From an uncultured virus (IMG/VR IMGVR_UViG_3300020716_000002) (taxonomy: Duplodnaviria; Heunggongvirae; Uroviricota; Caudoviricetes), in the IMG/VR virus record IMGVR_UViG_3300020716_000002: a stretch of 64,000 nucleotides of DNA. The stretch is one strand, 5' to 3'. Below the pieces are notes generated by a model. That model was not told the origin of the DNA. It made no database searches and saw only the letters and a program-made list of their open reading frames with translations. Below, one piece after another: positions 53,792-63,786 of this stretch (the stretch's first letter is position 1; every line of letters starts with the position of its first letter). The translations under genes were made by a program, and so were the position numbers.

Positions 53792-56356
53792 TTATGCCAT
53801 CGCTTCCTGAGCAACTACGTTAACCTGTACTGTAGCACCAGCAGAAGAAGTTACCGCAACAGTCAAAATGTCAGCTACGTTACCTCTTACGTTTGTTAAA
53901 ACAGGGAAGAAATTACTTAAATCAAGCTGTTGCAAACCATTAGGAGGAGTAGAGAATGCATACACAACCTCGCCACCAGAGCATTGAATTGCACTTAAAT
54001 CTTGCTCAGCAAATGAGTTATATGAACCCAATGTATTCAAAGCAACAAAATTTGCATTTTGCAATGACAACTGATTGGTAGGTGTACTAGAAATCAACTC
54101 AACCAAACAAGTTGCAGAAGAATTCAACAGAAGTGTTGCAGGTAATAACTGACCGCGGTCAATCAAACCAATCTGATATGTATTACCAGATGCGGGTGGA
54201 TTCATCAGCGGCTGTCCAGTCACTACATCGCCAAATGTAATTGCGCTTGTTGTGTTAGATGTAATACGTCCTGTGTATGGAGATACTGCTGATGCGCCAG
54301 ACACATAAGCACCAGGAGTAGTAGTACCAATTGTGATTGATACAGTTGTTGTTGGATTAGTTGCTGGAATCGTAACAGACCAAATACCGTTATAAGTAGT
54401 TGGGCTTGATCCAGAAATAATAATCACATCACCCTGTTTTAACCCGTGGGCAGAAGCAAAAGTAATTACAACAGAGTACTGTGTCAAACCAGCAATTGTT
54501 GAGCTTGTGGCTGCGGCAATAGCGCTGATGGCGGGTAAGCTAGCCTGATAGTAAACAAACTTACCAACCCATTGATTCACGCCCCAGTATGTTGCTGTAG
54601 GTGTAGATGTTAATGTTGCGCCATTTACCAACTGAATTGGTAGGATCATGGTAGTTGTTGTTGGTACTTGCTGGATTAACCAAGTTTGAGCTGCATATGT
54701 TGTTGTAGCAGTAAGAGTACCTGTACCTGTAGTCTGTGTAGAGCTAACTTGATATGTACCAAGACCGCCTGGAGCATAAGATGTATATGTGCCTGAAGCT
54801 TGAGCTGTAAACGCCTTGTTAATAGTAATCGTAGCGCCGTTAACCGCAGTGATAAATGTAGTAGCAGGAACTCCTGTACCAGCAAATAATTGACCTACGG
54901 CAAACGATGTACCTGCTGCCAATACAACTACGCTTGAACCTACTGCGCCGCCACTTGCAAAAGCTTGTGAACCAACTGCAGAACTAGTAGCAGTCAATTG
55001 AGCAACAATCGTTGGTGATCCTGTAACACCAGTTCCTGATAATACTTGTCCAGGTTGCAAAGCGCCTGTAGCAACTGCTGTAGTTACAGTTAAAGTTGTA
55101 CCAGAAAATGCGTAGTTACCTGTAGCAATTGTTGCAGTTTCAGTAAATGAACTAAGAGTTACATATTGAGCTGGGCTGTTAGCGTTAGCTGGGTTAGTCA
55201 CTGCATAACCGTGAGCAGATGCAAATGTTAATAAAGCTTGTCCGCTATTGGGCTGACCAACCACAGAAGATATGGCAGGAGTTGCCGCACTGATTGTTAA
55301 TGTCTGTGGTGATCCACCAGTACAAGCCGCATTGGTCTGATCAAAAATATCGGAGCCAATTGCTCTCATCCTAAATGACATTGCAGGATAACGAATAGCA
55401 GAAGATGGAACTGAACGATTTTGAGTTTTAGCATCATTACCGTATGAATAGGTAAATCCACGTTGTTTATCAATTGAACCTTCAATAAGCACAGAAACAC
55501 CGTAGTGAGTCATTAATGAAGATGTTGCGCTACCTGTATCTCTTTGCTCATAGCGTACTGGTAAGTTACCTGTACGGCTCCAAGGAGTAGTCTGTGAGTT
55601 ACCTGTATAAGCGCCATTACCTGCACCGACTTGATGGAGAATGTAAGGTTCACCATTAAGAACCACGCCCCAACGCAAAGCACCAGCTCCGTACCATGCG
55701 TATTCCATCCATATCATTTGAACCTTAGTCCAGTCCAATGCATCACGGATTTGTTTATTGCCGTTCCAAACAGACGCATCAAACACTGTATCTACGGGTA
55801 AACCCCCAGAGTCAGAACGAATTACTACATTCATTGCATATGGATTAGCGGTTGATGTTGCGCCATATTGCATAAAGAATATGCCATTGGAGTCATCAAA
55901 GATACCAACACGTTGGTACTGTCCAGATACAGAAGCACCGAAGTTAACGTTAGATGCCATGTAAAAAGTCTTACCTGGCTGATATCTGTGATATGGGCGG
56001 CTTTGACGAATCGTAATATCGCCTGGTGTATTACCGCCACCAATATTCATTGACACACCACCAAGACCAGGATTCTGAACGATATAAGCTTGTCCAGATA
56101 CGTTTTGAATCACGTTTTCCCAGCGAAGAGGCTGAACGCCATACTCAAAGTCAGCGTCGTAAATATTTTGCGATTGAGATATTTTTAGCTTACCAACAAC
56201 GTCACGCAGGCGTTGGGGAGCAATAAACTGTGCTGAACCATCAATACCTTCCCAATCCATTGTAGGTGTTTGTACACCTTGATTAGCAAAACCAATAGCG
56301 TTGGTATTGACGTTCCCTGATTTAGAAAAGAAATAATTACGTAATGACAGACCCAT
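53792..56356 (-). CDS. large virion spike/fibre protein (854 aa)
   Basis: Lectin-like N-terminal region (RYQPGK, W.G.G.LRWG) plus T/A/S/G-rich beta repeats. Confidence 0.7.
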   Translation of the reverse strand: MGLSLRNYFFSKSGNVNTNAIGFANQGVQTPTMDWEGIDGSAQFIAPQRLRDVVGKLKISQSQNIYDADFEYGVQPLRWENVIQNVSGQAYIVQNPGLGGVSMNIGGGNTPGDITIRQSRPYHRYQPGKTFYMASNVNFGASVSGQYQRVGIFDDSNGIFFMQYGATSTANPYAMNVVIRSDSGGLPVDTVFDASVWNGNKQIRDALDWTKVQMIWMEYAWYGAGALRWGVVLNGEPYILHQVGAGNGAYTGNSQTTPWSRTGNLPVRYEQRDTGSATSSLMTHYGVSVLIEGSIDKQRGFTYSYGNDAKTQNRSVPSSAIRYPAMSFRMRAIGSDIFDQTNAACTGGSPQTLTISAATPAISSVVGQPNSGQALLTFASAHGYAVTNPANANSPAQYVTLSSFTETATIATGNYAFSGTTLTVTTAVATGALQPGQVLSGTGVTGSPTIVAQLTATSSAVGSQAFASGGAVGSSVVVLAAGTSFAVGQLFAGTGVPATTFITAVNGATITINKAFTAQASGTYTSYAPGGLGTYQVSSTQTTGTGTLTATTTYAAQTWLIQQVPTTTTMILPIQLVNGATLTSTPTATYWGVNQWVGKFVYYQASLPAISAIAAATSSTIAGLTQYSVVITFASAHGLKQGDVIIISGSSPTTYNGIWSVTIPATNPTTTVSITIGTTTPGAYVSGASAVSPYTGRITSNTTSAITFGDVVTGQPLMNPPASGNTYQIGLIDRGQLLPATLLLNSSATCLVELISSTPTNQLSLQNANFVALNTLGSYNSFAEQDLSAIQCSGGEVVYAFSTPPNGLQQLDLSNFFPVLTNVRGNVADILTVAVTSSAGATVQVNVVAQEAMA

Positions 56357-56374
56357 ATAAACCCCTATTAAATC

Positions 56375-56399
56375 AAAGAAAGGGGGCTAATGCCCCCTA
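56375..56399 (-). terminator. intrinsic terminator
   Basis: On the minus strand AGGGGGC-ATTA-GCCCCCT followed by TTCTTT, after the stop at 56404. Confidence 0.75.
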
Positions 56400-56403
56400 G
56401 CTA

Positions 56404-57123
56404 TTAGTCGAAGTTACCGTATGGGTAAGCAGTACCTGTACCAATGTTGGTATCGGCTTGACGATAACGTACAGTAATACCAAACTGACCAGCAGTAGGA
56501 GCAGTCAAACCAGAAGCGGCTGCAATACCAATGGTAAATACCAATTGTGAGAAGAAACTTGGTTGTGTACCAGGTTGTGGGTTTTGAATATCAGAAGTTG
56601 TAGATAACAAGTTATTCAACTGAGTCGCTGAATAAGCTACTGTTTGACGTCCAGCTGTACCTGTAGTTGTTGTACCAATCGCAACTGAAGCATATGTGGG
56701 TGTACCGCCGTTAGCTGTTGTGCTATTGGAAATGTACATGTTAACGCCAGTAGGAGTTGCTGTAATACCAGACATTACAGTTGGCATGTCGATAATAAAG
56801 TCTTCAATCTGACTCTGAATAGGTAAGTACATAATTACGCCACGATAGACGTTTGTACCTGAATCAGCAGGAGGAGTTGCGGTTGTTGGGCCTGTATTAC
56901 TAAATACAGAGCTAGGTGTATACAACTGAGCATTCTGATTAGGAACAGTGTTAGACATAACATACTGTCCAGAACCACCAGCATAACCTGCTGTTTGGTT
57001 ACCTGTTGTTACTGCAAAATCAATATAACAAGTTTGGGTTAAAACTGCGTAACCAACGTCACGAAGAGGTCCAAAACGATTATCGCCAGAAAGAATTGGC
57101 CCTTCAAATGTACTGCGTCCCAT
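56404..57123 (-). CDS. capsid-associated (decoration-like) protein
   Basis: Follows the MCP; MGRSTFEGP N-terminus; beta-rich. Confidence 0.65.
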   Translation of the reverse strand: MGRSTFEGPILSGDNRFGPLRDVGYAVLTQTCYIDFAVTTGNQTAGYAGGSGQYVMSNTVPNQNAQLYTPSSVFSNTGPTTATPPADSGTNVYRGVIMYLPIQSQIEDFIIDMPTVMSGITATPTGVNMYISNSTTANGGTPTYASVAIGTTTTGTAGRQTVAYSATQLNNLLSTTSDIQNPQPGTQPSFFSQLVFTIGIAAASGLTAPTAGQFGITVRYRQADTNIGTGTAYPYGNFD

Positions 57124-57131
57124 GATATGAG

Positions 57132-57208
57132 TCCTTATGCAAAAGTTACCTTGTTAATCGTTGCATCGTCTGCTGGGCCAGTGGCAACAAGGTTGAATTC
57201 CCAGATAA
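57132..57208 (-). ncRNA. cis-regulatory double-pseudoknot RNA (candidate Polynucleobacter-1-like motif)
   Basis: Three perfect interleaved helices: CUGGG/CCCAG, ACCUUGUU/AACAAGGU, AUGCAA/UUGCAU. Confidence 0.6.
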
Positions 57209-57212
57209 CCGA

Positions 57213-57240
57213 AATATACACTATTTTTTGACGTTGTCAA
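57213..57240 (-). promoter_or_regulatory. sigma70-type promoter TTGACA-N16-TATATT
   Basis: Perfect -35 and near-perfect -10 immediately after the MCP terminator. Confidence 0.7.
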
Positions 57241-57241
57241 C

Positions 57242-57265
57242 AAAAATGGCCCCGAAGGGCCATTT
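57242..57265 (-). terminator. terminator after the major capsid gene
   Basis: AAATGGCCC-TTCG-GGGCCATTT-TT, UUCG tetraloop. Confidence 0.9.
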
Positions 57266-57268
57266 ATT

Positions 57269-58171
57269 TTAGTAAGAACCGTAAACACCGAGTGGATCAG
57301 ACCATCCGAATGAATAACGCTCTCTAGACTTGTAACGTACGTTACCTGTATCAAAGTCACCGTCCATTGAATTCTGTAGTGGAATACGGACAAAGTGCTT
57401 GAGACCGTTAGGTACATCAGTTGTCAAGAACCAAGCATTTGGCGCTGTCAAGAAGTGATTGATTGTGTAGCCTTCTGGTACAGAACCGTTGTTCTCGATA
57501 GCGTTAATGTCGTTGTTATTTGTACCAACGCGCAGTTTTGTCTCTAACAAACGAGTAGCGACGAACTGTAATGCTGGTGGAATAATCAACTTCTTGGGCT
57601 TAGCTGCGATCAAAAGACCACGCTCATCTGTCCAAGCTGCAATCTGGATAACTGCATTTTCAATTGCAGTTTCGTTCAAGTCAGCAGGAGTAGTAGGAGT
57701 GTTGCCGTTTGTACCACCGTTGATCAGTGGGTGAGCTGTGTTAAATAAAGAAACACCATCACCACCAACGTAAGAAGCGTTGAAACCGTTGTTGAGAACG
57801 GAAGCTGCTTTTACTTGCTTGGTGTAAGCCATAGCACGAGCTAGACCCTTGGTATAACGTGCTGACAAAGAGTCATACAAGTTATCTTCAATAGCTTCTT
57901 CTGTTAAAGAGAAGCCAAGAGCGATAGTTTCGTGGTTATAGCGAGCTGTCCATGCTTCTTGCGCATTGTCATAAGCGATGGCATTGCCCTCACCCTTGAC
58001 TGGTGCTGCAGAGAATCCTGACAGTTTGGTTTCTTCTTCAAATGAACGCTCTGAGGTCTCTGTTTCGTAGATCTCTTTGTGCTCTTCGCCGTAACGTGCA
58101 TACTCTAAACCGAACAATGCGTTCAAGCCTGGGAGCAGCTCTTTCAATAGTTGTGCGCGTGAAATAGCCAT
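57269..58171 (-). CDS. major capsid protein
   Basis: MAISRAQLLKELLPGL, TEEAIEDNLY, C-terminal YKSRERYSFGWSDP; position, strong RBS and terminator. Confidence 0.9.
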   Translation of the reverse strand: MAISRAQLLKELLPGLNALFGLEYARYGEEHKEIYETETSERSFEEETKLSGFSAAPVKGEGNAIAYDNAQEAWTARYNHETIALGFSLTEEAIEDNLYDSLSARYTKGLARAMAYTKQVKAASVLNNGFNASYVGGDGVSLFNTAHPLINGGTNGNTPTTPADLNETAIENAVIQIAAWTDERGLLIAAKPKKLIIPPALQFVATRLLETKLRVGTNNNDINAIENNGSVPEGYTINHFLTAPNAWFLTTDVPNGLKHFVRIPLQNSMDGDFDTGNVRYKSRERYSFGWSDPLGVYGSY

Positions 58172-58183
58172 TTAGATTACTCC

Positions 58184-59083
58184 TTAGATTGAGGCATTGG
58201 GTGTATTGTTGTAATACTCATGTAAACCGAAGTTGATTTTCACCAATACTTCAGGATAGCAAGTAAACACAACAGTAGCGTTTGCTGGAATAGAGCTAAC
58301 TGCTCCGCCTGGGGCTGCATTTAATGTTACGCTGGTACCACTTGTATAAGCAGAAGCAACATAAGAACCAGAGAAAGCAACAAATCCATTAGAGTCAAGG
58401 TAGCCAACTTCAGTACCAATTGGAATACTAGTATATCCAGAAGCAAAAGAAGTAATAGCAGAAGCTAAAGTTAGCGTTGTGCTAGTACATGCTGTACCAC
58501 CGTTAGTACCGGAAGTAGCAACAGCTGTCTCACGAGCCAAGTCAATAACACGCAAAGGCATTGCTGTGTTAGAAGCGCTTGGTAATGATGCAGATGTCAA
58601 TGCAGCGTTCTTAGAGTTACCTGTAGCGGTAGAACCAGCCAAGTTAGAAACTGACAAGTTTTGACCGATAAACGCAGTAGAAGCAGATGCGATTGTTGTT
58701 CCGCCTTGTGAGCTTACAACAGCTGTTCTGAACACTGTATCAGGATCGTCTGTAACAACAGCAAACGCGTCACCAGCAAGAGTACCACCGGGCCAGTATT
58801 GGCTAAATAGTTTTTGCTTAGTTGTTGGGTTTGTGTAAGAACAGCCAAGGAAGATACCAACCATACCATAACCAGCGCCACCGGTAGTGCTTCCAGCACC
58901 GGTAGTAACAGTCATACGTGTGACGGTACCAGTCAAAGAGATATTAACAAAGTCACCATAATAGATGTTTGTTGCATATCCATACTGGATAGGAATTTGA
59001 CGAGTAGAACCCGCAAACACCTGTCCACCAATCAGATTGATTGGCTTCAGCCCGTAAGGGGCAGATACTTGAGGAAAAGCCAT
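58184..59083 (-). CDS. head decoration / minor capsid protein
   Basis: APYGL.P, G.F.GC.Y, DDPD..F; immediately upstream of the MCP. Confidence 0.7.
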   Translation of the reverse strand: MAFPQVSAPYGLKPINLIGGQVFAGSTRQIPIQYGYATNIYYGDFVNISLTGTVTRMTVTTGAGSTTGGAGYGMVGIFLGCSYTNPTTKQKLFSQYWPGGTLAGDAFAVVTDDPDTVFRTAVVSSQGGTTIASASTAFIGQNLSVSNLAGSTATGNSKNAALTSASLPSASNTAMPLRVIDLARETAVATSGTNGGTACTSTTLTLASAITSFASGYTSIPIGTEVGYLDSNGFVAFSGSYVASAYTSGTSVTLNAAPGGAVSSIPANATVVFTCYPEVLVKINFGLHEYYNNTPNASI

Positions 59084-59096
59084 TTAAATCTCCAAA

Positions 59097-59561
59097 TTAA
59101 AAAGAACCTTTTCCAAAGGTCGTCGCAGACTTTCTCTCGTTAAAGATTGGCATACGAGGATCACTTTGGCGCATTAAATTGTTATCTACTGCTTGAGACT
59201 GGGCATGTGTTTGCTTCGCATAAAATTCATTAGCTTGACGAACAAATTCTTCAGGAGTCTTACAAAGTAACAATCCGTCAATCTCAATACCGTCTTTAAA
59301 ACGACTATCAGGATCAACTAGCAGTTTAAATTGTGGTTGCTCCGCGATGCCTACAGGTTCCCAACCTTCACGGAATCTACTAGAGATATTCTTGGGATCT
59401 GATTTACCGAGAGAAGCTACCCTAATCCATCTGTACGCGTAACCAGGCTGCTTATCGGGCTCTGGAAGTAATTCTGGTTGCTGCCACTGCTTAGGGCGCT
59501 CCTGAAGATTCCTAGATTCCATTTCACGCGTTAATCTATTTTTTTCTACTGTTTGAGTCAT
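59097..59561 (-). CDS. conserved head-module protein
   Basis: YRWIR...N.S...REGWEPV..GLLLCK.P. Confidence 0.7.
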   Translation of the reverse strand: MTQTVEKNRLTREMESRNLQERPKQWQQPELLPEPDKQPGYAYRWIRVASLGKSDPKNISSRFREGWEPVGIAEQPQFKLLVDPDSRFKDGIEIDGLLLCKTPEEFVRQANEFYAKQTHAQSQAVDNNLMRQSDPRMPIFNERKSATTFGKGSF

Positions 59562-59565
59562 TTTG

Positions 59566-60534
59566 TTACCCCAATTTAACTTGTTCGCGAGCATATTGCT
59601 CATTGGTTAGTCCGAGTTTTTTAGCTAAGGCTTGTTGTGTTTTTGTAAGCGTGACTTGCTTTGGAGCAGTACTTCGCTTGGCAGACGCAACCACTGGACT
59701 GGATTTTGTTCGAGTAGGTTTAGTTTCCTCCTCGATTTGGACATTGAGGCCGAATTCTTCTGGGAACCGACGTCTTACTTCCTTGTCAATACTGTTGAAA
59801 TATTCATCAGTACCAATATAAGCCCCGCCATATTTTTCGGCTAGTTCTTCATGAACGCCTCTGGCGTAACTACTCATACTTTTTTTCTTAGGATCTGTAA
59901 ACCAGGGGTTTCTGGACACCCAAGCATCGACCTTTGGATCTCTCTGCTGTTGTGCAACAGGAGGTGTATAGGTAGTTTGTACAGGATTTTCATCAGTTTG
60001 TACAGTAGGTTTAAAGTTTTTTACCTTATCTAGCTTCAATTGAGCCCTAATTAGCTCTTGTTGAGCCTCTAAAAGCTTGTCACTGTCGCCAGAATCATAC
60101 GCTTCTTTGTAGTTGCGTTTGGCAAGATCAACTTCTGATTCAGCTGAAGTTTTATAGGTGGAAATAAGTTCTTTCTCACCTTCTTGCATGACATTTTTCA
60201 AGCGCTTATTCTCATCTAGCACTCGTTGAGCCATCGCTAAAGCTTCTTGTTGCTCACGATACGCGGCTTCTTTAGCTCTACGCTCGTCATGCCAAGCCTT
60301 CTTGTACTGCTTGAACTTTTGCTTTACGTTTTGAGAATAGTCTTCGGCTTCATCTGCCGTCTCTAATTCTTCTTTAATCTTCTCAGGAAGAGGTTCGACA
60401 TGTTGGTCTTCAACGGGAGTGTCGTCAACAATCTTGACTTCGACTGGCTCATCGTCTTCAAACTTAATATCTATTTCTTCTTCTGCGGGTTTATTTTTAG
60501 ACTCTATTTCGTCTGGAAATTGAAATGATTGCAT
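59566..60534 (-). CDS. capsid scaffolding protein
   Basis: Acidic N-terminus, coiled coil, W..RNPWF, C-terminal AKKLGLT.EQYA. Confidence 0.75.
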   Translation of the reverse strand: MQSFQFPDEIESKNKPAEEEIDIKFEDDEPVEVKIVDDTPVEDQHVEPLPEKIKEELETADEAEDYSQNVKQKFKQYKKAWHDERRAKEAAYREQQEALAMAQRVLDENKRLKNVMQEGEKELISTYKTSAESEVDLAKRNYKEAYDSGDSDKLLEAQQELIRAQLKLDKVKNFKPTVQTDENPVQTTYTPPVAQQQRDPKVDAWVSRNPWFTDPKKKSMSSYARGVHEELAEKYGGAYIGTDEYFNSIDKEVRRRFPEEFGLNVQIEEETKPTRTKSSPVVASAKRSTAPKQVTLTKTQQALAKKLGLTNEQYAREQVKLG

Positions 60535-60546
60535 GTTCGTTCCTCC

Positions 60547-60957
60547 TTAAGGACGATAAATTCCGCGTGGGTCTTCAACTACACCCTCGACAGAATCTTC
60601 ATTGATCATACGGAATTCTCTTCCGTGGATTACCATTCTTGAGCCAGCGTTTGGTCTCACAAGAATAAAGTCTCCAACTGCACACCAAGGTCCTGATGGA
60701 TATCTGACCTTATCTGTATAGCAGTCTGGTCCCATAGCCACTACGAATAAAACTGTGGTTAGCAATTCTTCATTCTTAATGGTTTCATCGGATTTGACAA
60801 TACCGCTTGAGTACTCTTTCTCCTTTTCTGGAATCGCGCACAGTATTTTCCAGCCTGCGGGCTTGGGCAATTGTGTTGCCTTTTGCTCTTGGCTTTTATC
60901 CAATATATTGGACAAATCCACTGCTTGCGTTAAATCAACCACGTTTGTATCAGTCAT
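60547..60957 (-). CDS. groES: phage GroES-like co-chaperonin
   Basis: P.GWKIL, SGIV, VVAMGPD, VGDFI, FRMINEDSVEGVV. Confidence 0.8.
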   Translation of the reverse strand: MTDTNVVDLTQAVDLSNILDKSQEQKATQLPKPAGWKILCAIPEKEKEYSSGIVKSDETIKNEELLTTVLFVVAMGPDCYTDKVRYPSGPWCAVGDFILVRPNAGSRMVIHGREFRMINEDSVEGVVEDPRGIYRP

Positions 60958-61153
60958 CTGATTCCTCTATTTGTTTTGTCAGGTCTGTGATGTATCTGCG
61001 CACGGTGAGCAGACCTGTAATTTCCCCACACATTGCACAGTATTCGGCATAGTCCTTGGCTGATCTAGAGCCAAGGGCTTCTTCAAGTTGTCTAACCTTT
61101 TCATCGACTTTTTGAGCGACTAATTCGGTCAGTTTTGAGGTTTCATAACTCAT
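60950..61153 (-). CDS. small conserved protein
   Basis: DYAEY...CGEI.GL; between portal and GroES. Confidence 0.7.
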   Translation of the reverse strand: MSYETSKLTELVAQKVDEKVRQLEEALGSRSAKDYAEYCAMCGEITGLLTVRRYITDLTKQIEESDD

Positions 61154-63777
61154 TTATTACCTTTTTTAGGTTGATTTTGCTGTTTTTGAGCCATTTGGGA
61201 CTGTTTTTCAGCCTGCATTCTGGCTGTTTCTGCCTGTTTTTCTGCTTGTAAACGAGCTGTTTCAGCCTGTATTTGCGCATTTACCATCTGCGCATGAGTC
61301 TGATTTTTTGACATTTCAGCTTGATTTTTAAGCATAGTCATGTGTTTTTGGATGTCTATAGACGATTTGAAGCCCTCGATCTCCTTTTGATGCTGTGCTT
61401 GCTGATGAACTGTGGCTGCTTGTACTGCAAGTTTTGCCCCGTCCGTCTGTTGTGTCGCTTGTATTCTTGATGCCTCAATCTGCAACTGCTGTGCTTTAAG
61501 TTGGGCATCAGATTGATCTTTCTGAGCCTTGCGTTGCAGGTCTTGTTGTTTGATCTGTAGCTCTTGTTGTTGAAGCTGAATAAGCGGGTCTTGGGCTTGT
61601 TGTTGATTCTGTTGTTGTTGAGCCTGTTGCTGGTGTTGCTGTAGCAGTTTTTGCGCTGCCTGAGCCGCCATCTGAGATACTTTGACTTCCATCTCTGGAG
61701 ACATATTCTCATCTTCATCAGGTTTTTCGTTGTATGCGGGTAATGTTGTACCCATAGTCTGCTCAAGCTCTTTGCGATACTCCATGCCCAAATGCTCTGT
61801 AATGTGAGCTGACATTGCTGCCGTCAACTGTTGTGCGAGTTGCGGGTTCATGCCAATAATTTGCTGGATATGTGGGTCTTGCATTGCTGACATATGGACT
61901 GCTATGTGAGCCTTATGGTCTTGGTAGCTGAATGCTTTGACTGGTTTGTTACGCAATATATCTTGATTCTCAGATACAGGGTCACGCGGCTTAATATCAT
62001 CTTCCATTGGCACAAGCTTTTGGTAATTCTTAATGCCAATCACTTCTAACATCTGACGATGTAATAGCGGAAGATCATATATCTGTGGTGCTGTTTGTGC
62101 TAGTTGTAATGCAGCTTGATACTGAACAACTTTTTGAGCCATAGTTGCCGCATTCGGATCGCTGACTGGGATGATGTTGACCATCTCATAGTCTTGTCTC
62201 TTAGCACGGCGGTTGCCTGAGTCTGGATCGTAGTCATACTCGTCTGTACAGTTCTCAGCTATGATTTCCTTTAGCAACTCGAACTCTTGACGCATTGCAT
62301 AATGTATTCTAGCTTGAACAGCAGACATTGCCTTAAGAGTTCTCTCAAGGATAGCAAGCGTAGTTCCTACAGGAGAAGCTGCAGACATATCACTTACTTG
62401 TAAATCAGCTGCGCCAGCAAACTTTCTACCTTCTTCAATGATACTATTAAATAACGTAAAAAGAACTTGGCTTGGCTCCTTGTATGGTAGCGGCATGATA
62501 TTATCCCGCATTGTTCCACTAGGTACATCTACGTCACGGAACTCTCCAGGTGCTATAGGTGTGTCATCACCTTTCGTACGCAGCCCTCTAGTTTTGAAGC
62601 CCCCAGGCAAGTTAGATAATGTACCAGCGTCCACAAGCTGACGAAGAATGCTAGTACCAGACTTAGCAAAAGCGCCAATAAGATGTATAAGTCCAAAAGC
62701 ATAAAAACCAAACCCTGGAATATAAGGGTAATGAACAAAGTGCTTACGTTTTTTATAAAGCTTATCGCCTTTCTTCCAGTTCCTTCTGATTCCGAGTACA
62801 TTGGTTGTTCCCTTGTCTATAGTAATAATGTAAGGCAATGCTAAACCTGTTGGCTCGCCTTCATCGTCAACGTGCTCAAACCCTGGTAAGTCCCACTCTA
62901 CCTGCATCTCAAGTAGTTTGTATCTATTGTCTGTTTCAGCTCTAAAGCCTAACTTCTCAGCAATTTTCTTCTCAACTTCATCAAGAACATTGCTTGGTTC
63001 ACCAAGATCTATATCTCTATAAAACCCAGAGTGAATGAGCCTCTTCATCTCATTTTCAGTCTTTCTCATCACGTGGGTAATACGTTCTGCACTATCAAGG
63101 TCTGACGCGCCGTACGGGACAACTACATCTTCTGCGGGTACGTAAACAGACGTCTGTCTATCAAGATCAGAATCTTCATATACTTTCTTAAACGCATTAC
63201 CTGATAGTCCCAAGCCCCACAACATGCGCTCATGCTCAGGTCTATATTCTTTCATTACCTCAGTGATCTCATAGTTCATATCATCATGAACACGTTCTGC
63301 TGCTTCTTTTTTCTCAGGTGTTTCTTTGCCAATGATTGCTGTCTTGACAGGTCCCGCTGCAGGGAATGTCTCCATCATTGTCTCAGCCTGAAACTTCACA
63401 AGTGCTTCTGCAAGGAGTGGGTGAAACACGCCACACGCGCCAGGCCAAGGCTCTATTCTTTCTTCTATCTTTAATCCAAGAAGTTCTAGTCCGTCGGTGT
63501 AAGTCTGTATCCATTCTTTACGCGAACCAACGTCTGCTTCATAGTCACTGATAAGCTCAGATGCTATTTTTAGCAACTCTCCTTCATTCATGTACTCAGC
63601 CAAGTTATCATCAAATCCTTCTTCATTTTGATCGGCTTTCTCCATGTGCATCGCAAAGTCAGGGCCCTCAATATCTACTGCTTCTGGATCTTCAATATGA
63701 ATTTCAAGAGGTTCTTCACCTTCACCTAATTGATCTAGCCCTTGTGGGCTTTGATATAGCGCTTTATCTATAGCCAT
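61150..63777 (-). CDS. portal protein
   Basis: 875 aa after terminase; HPLLAEA, FKKVY, RQLVDAGTLSNLP; long Q-rich C-terminal coiled coil. Confidence 0.88.
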   Translation of the reverse strand: MAIDKALYQSPQGLDQLGEGEEPLEIHIEDPEAVDIEGPDFAMHMEKADQNEEGFDDNLAEYMNEGELLKIASELISDYEADVGSRKEWIQTYTDGLELLGLKIEERIEPWPGACGVFHPLLAEALVKFQAETMMETFPAAGPVKTAIIGKETPEKKEAAERVHDDMNYEITEVMKEYRPEHERMLWGLGLSGNAFKKVYEDSDLDRQTSVYVPAEDVVVPYGASDLDSAERITHVMRKTENEMKRLIHSGFYRDIDLGEPSNVLDEVEKKIAEKLGFRAETDNRYKLLEMQVEWDLPGFEHVDDEGEPTGLALPYIITIDKGTTNVLGIRRNWKKGDKLYKKRKHFVHYPYIPGFGFYAFGLIHLIGAFAKSGTSILRQLVDAGTLSNLPGGFKTRGLRTKGDDTPIAPGEFRDVDVPSGTMRDNIMPLPYKEPSQVLFTLFNSIIEEGRKFAGAADLQVSDMSAASPVGTTLAILERTLKAMSAVQARIHYAMRQEFELLKEIIAENCTDEYDYDPDSGNRRAKRQDYEMVNIIPVSDPNAATMAQKVVQYQAALQLAQTAPQIYDLPLLHRQMLEVIGIKNYQKLVPMEDDIKPRDPVSENQDILRNKPVKAFSYQDHKAHIAVHMSAMQDPHIQQIIGMNPQLAQQLTAAMSAHITEHLGMEYRKELEQTMGTTLPAYNEKPDEDENMSPEMEVKVSQMAAQAAQKLLQQHQQQAQQQQNQQQAQDPLIQLQQQELQIKQQDLQRKAQKDQSDAQLKAQQLQIEASRIQATQQTDGAKLAVQAATVHQQAQHQKEIEGFKSSIDIQKHMTMLKNQAEMSKNQTHAQMVNAQIQAETARLQAEKQAETARMQAEKQSQMAQKQQNQPKKGNK

Positions 63778-63786
63778 TTTGTATCC

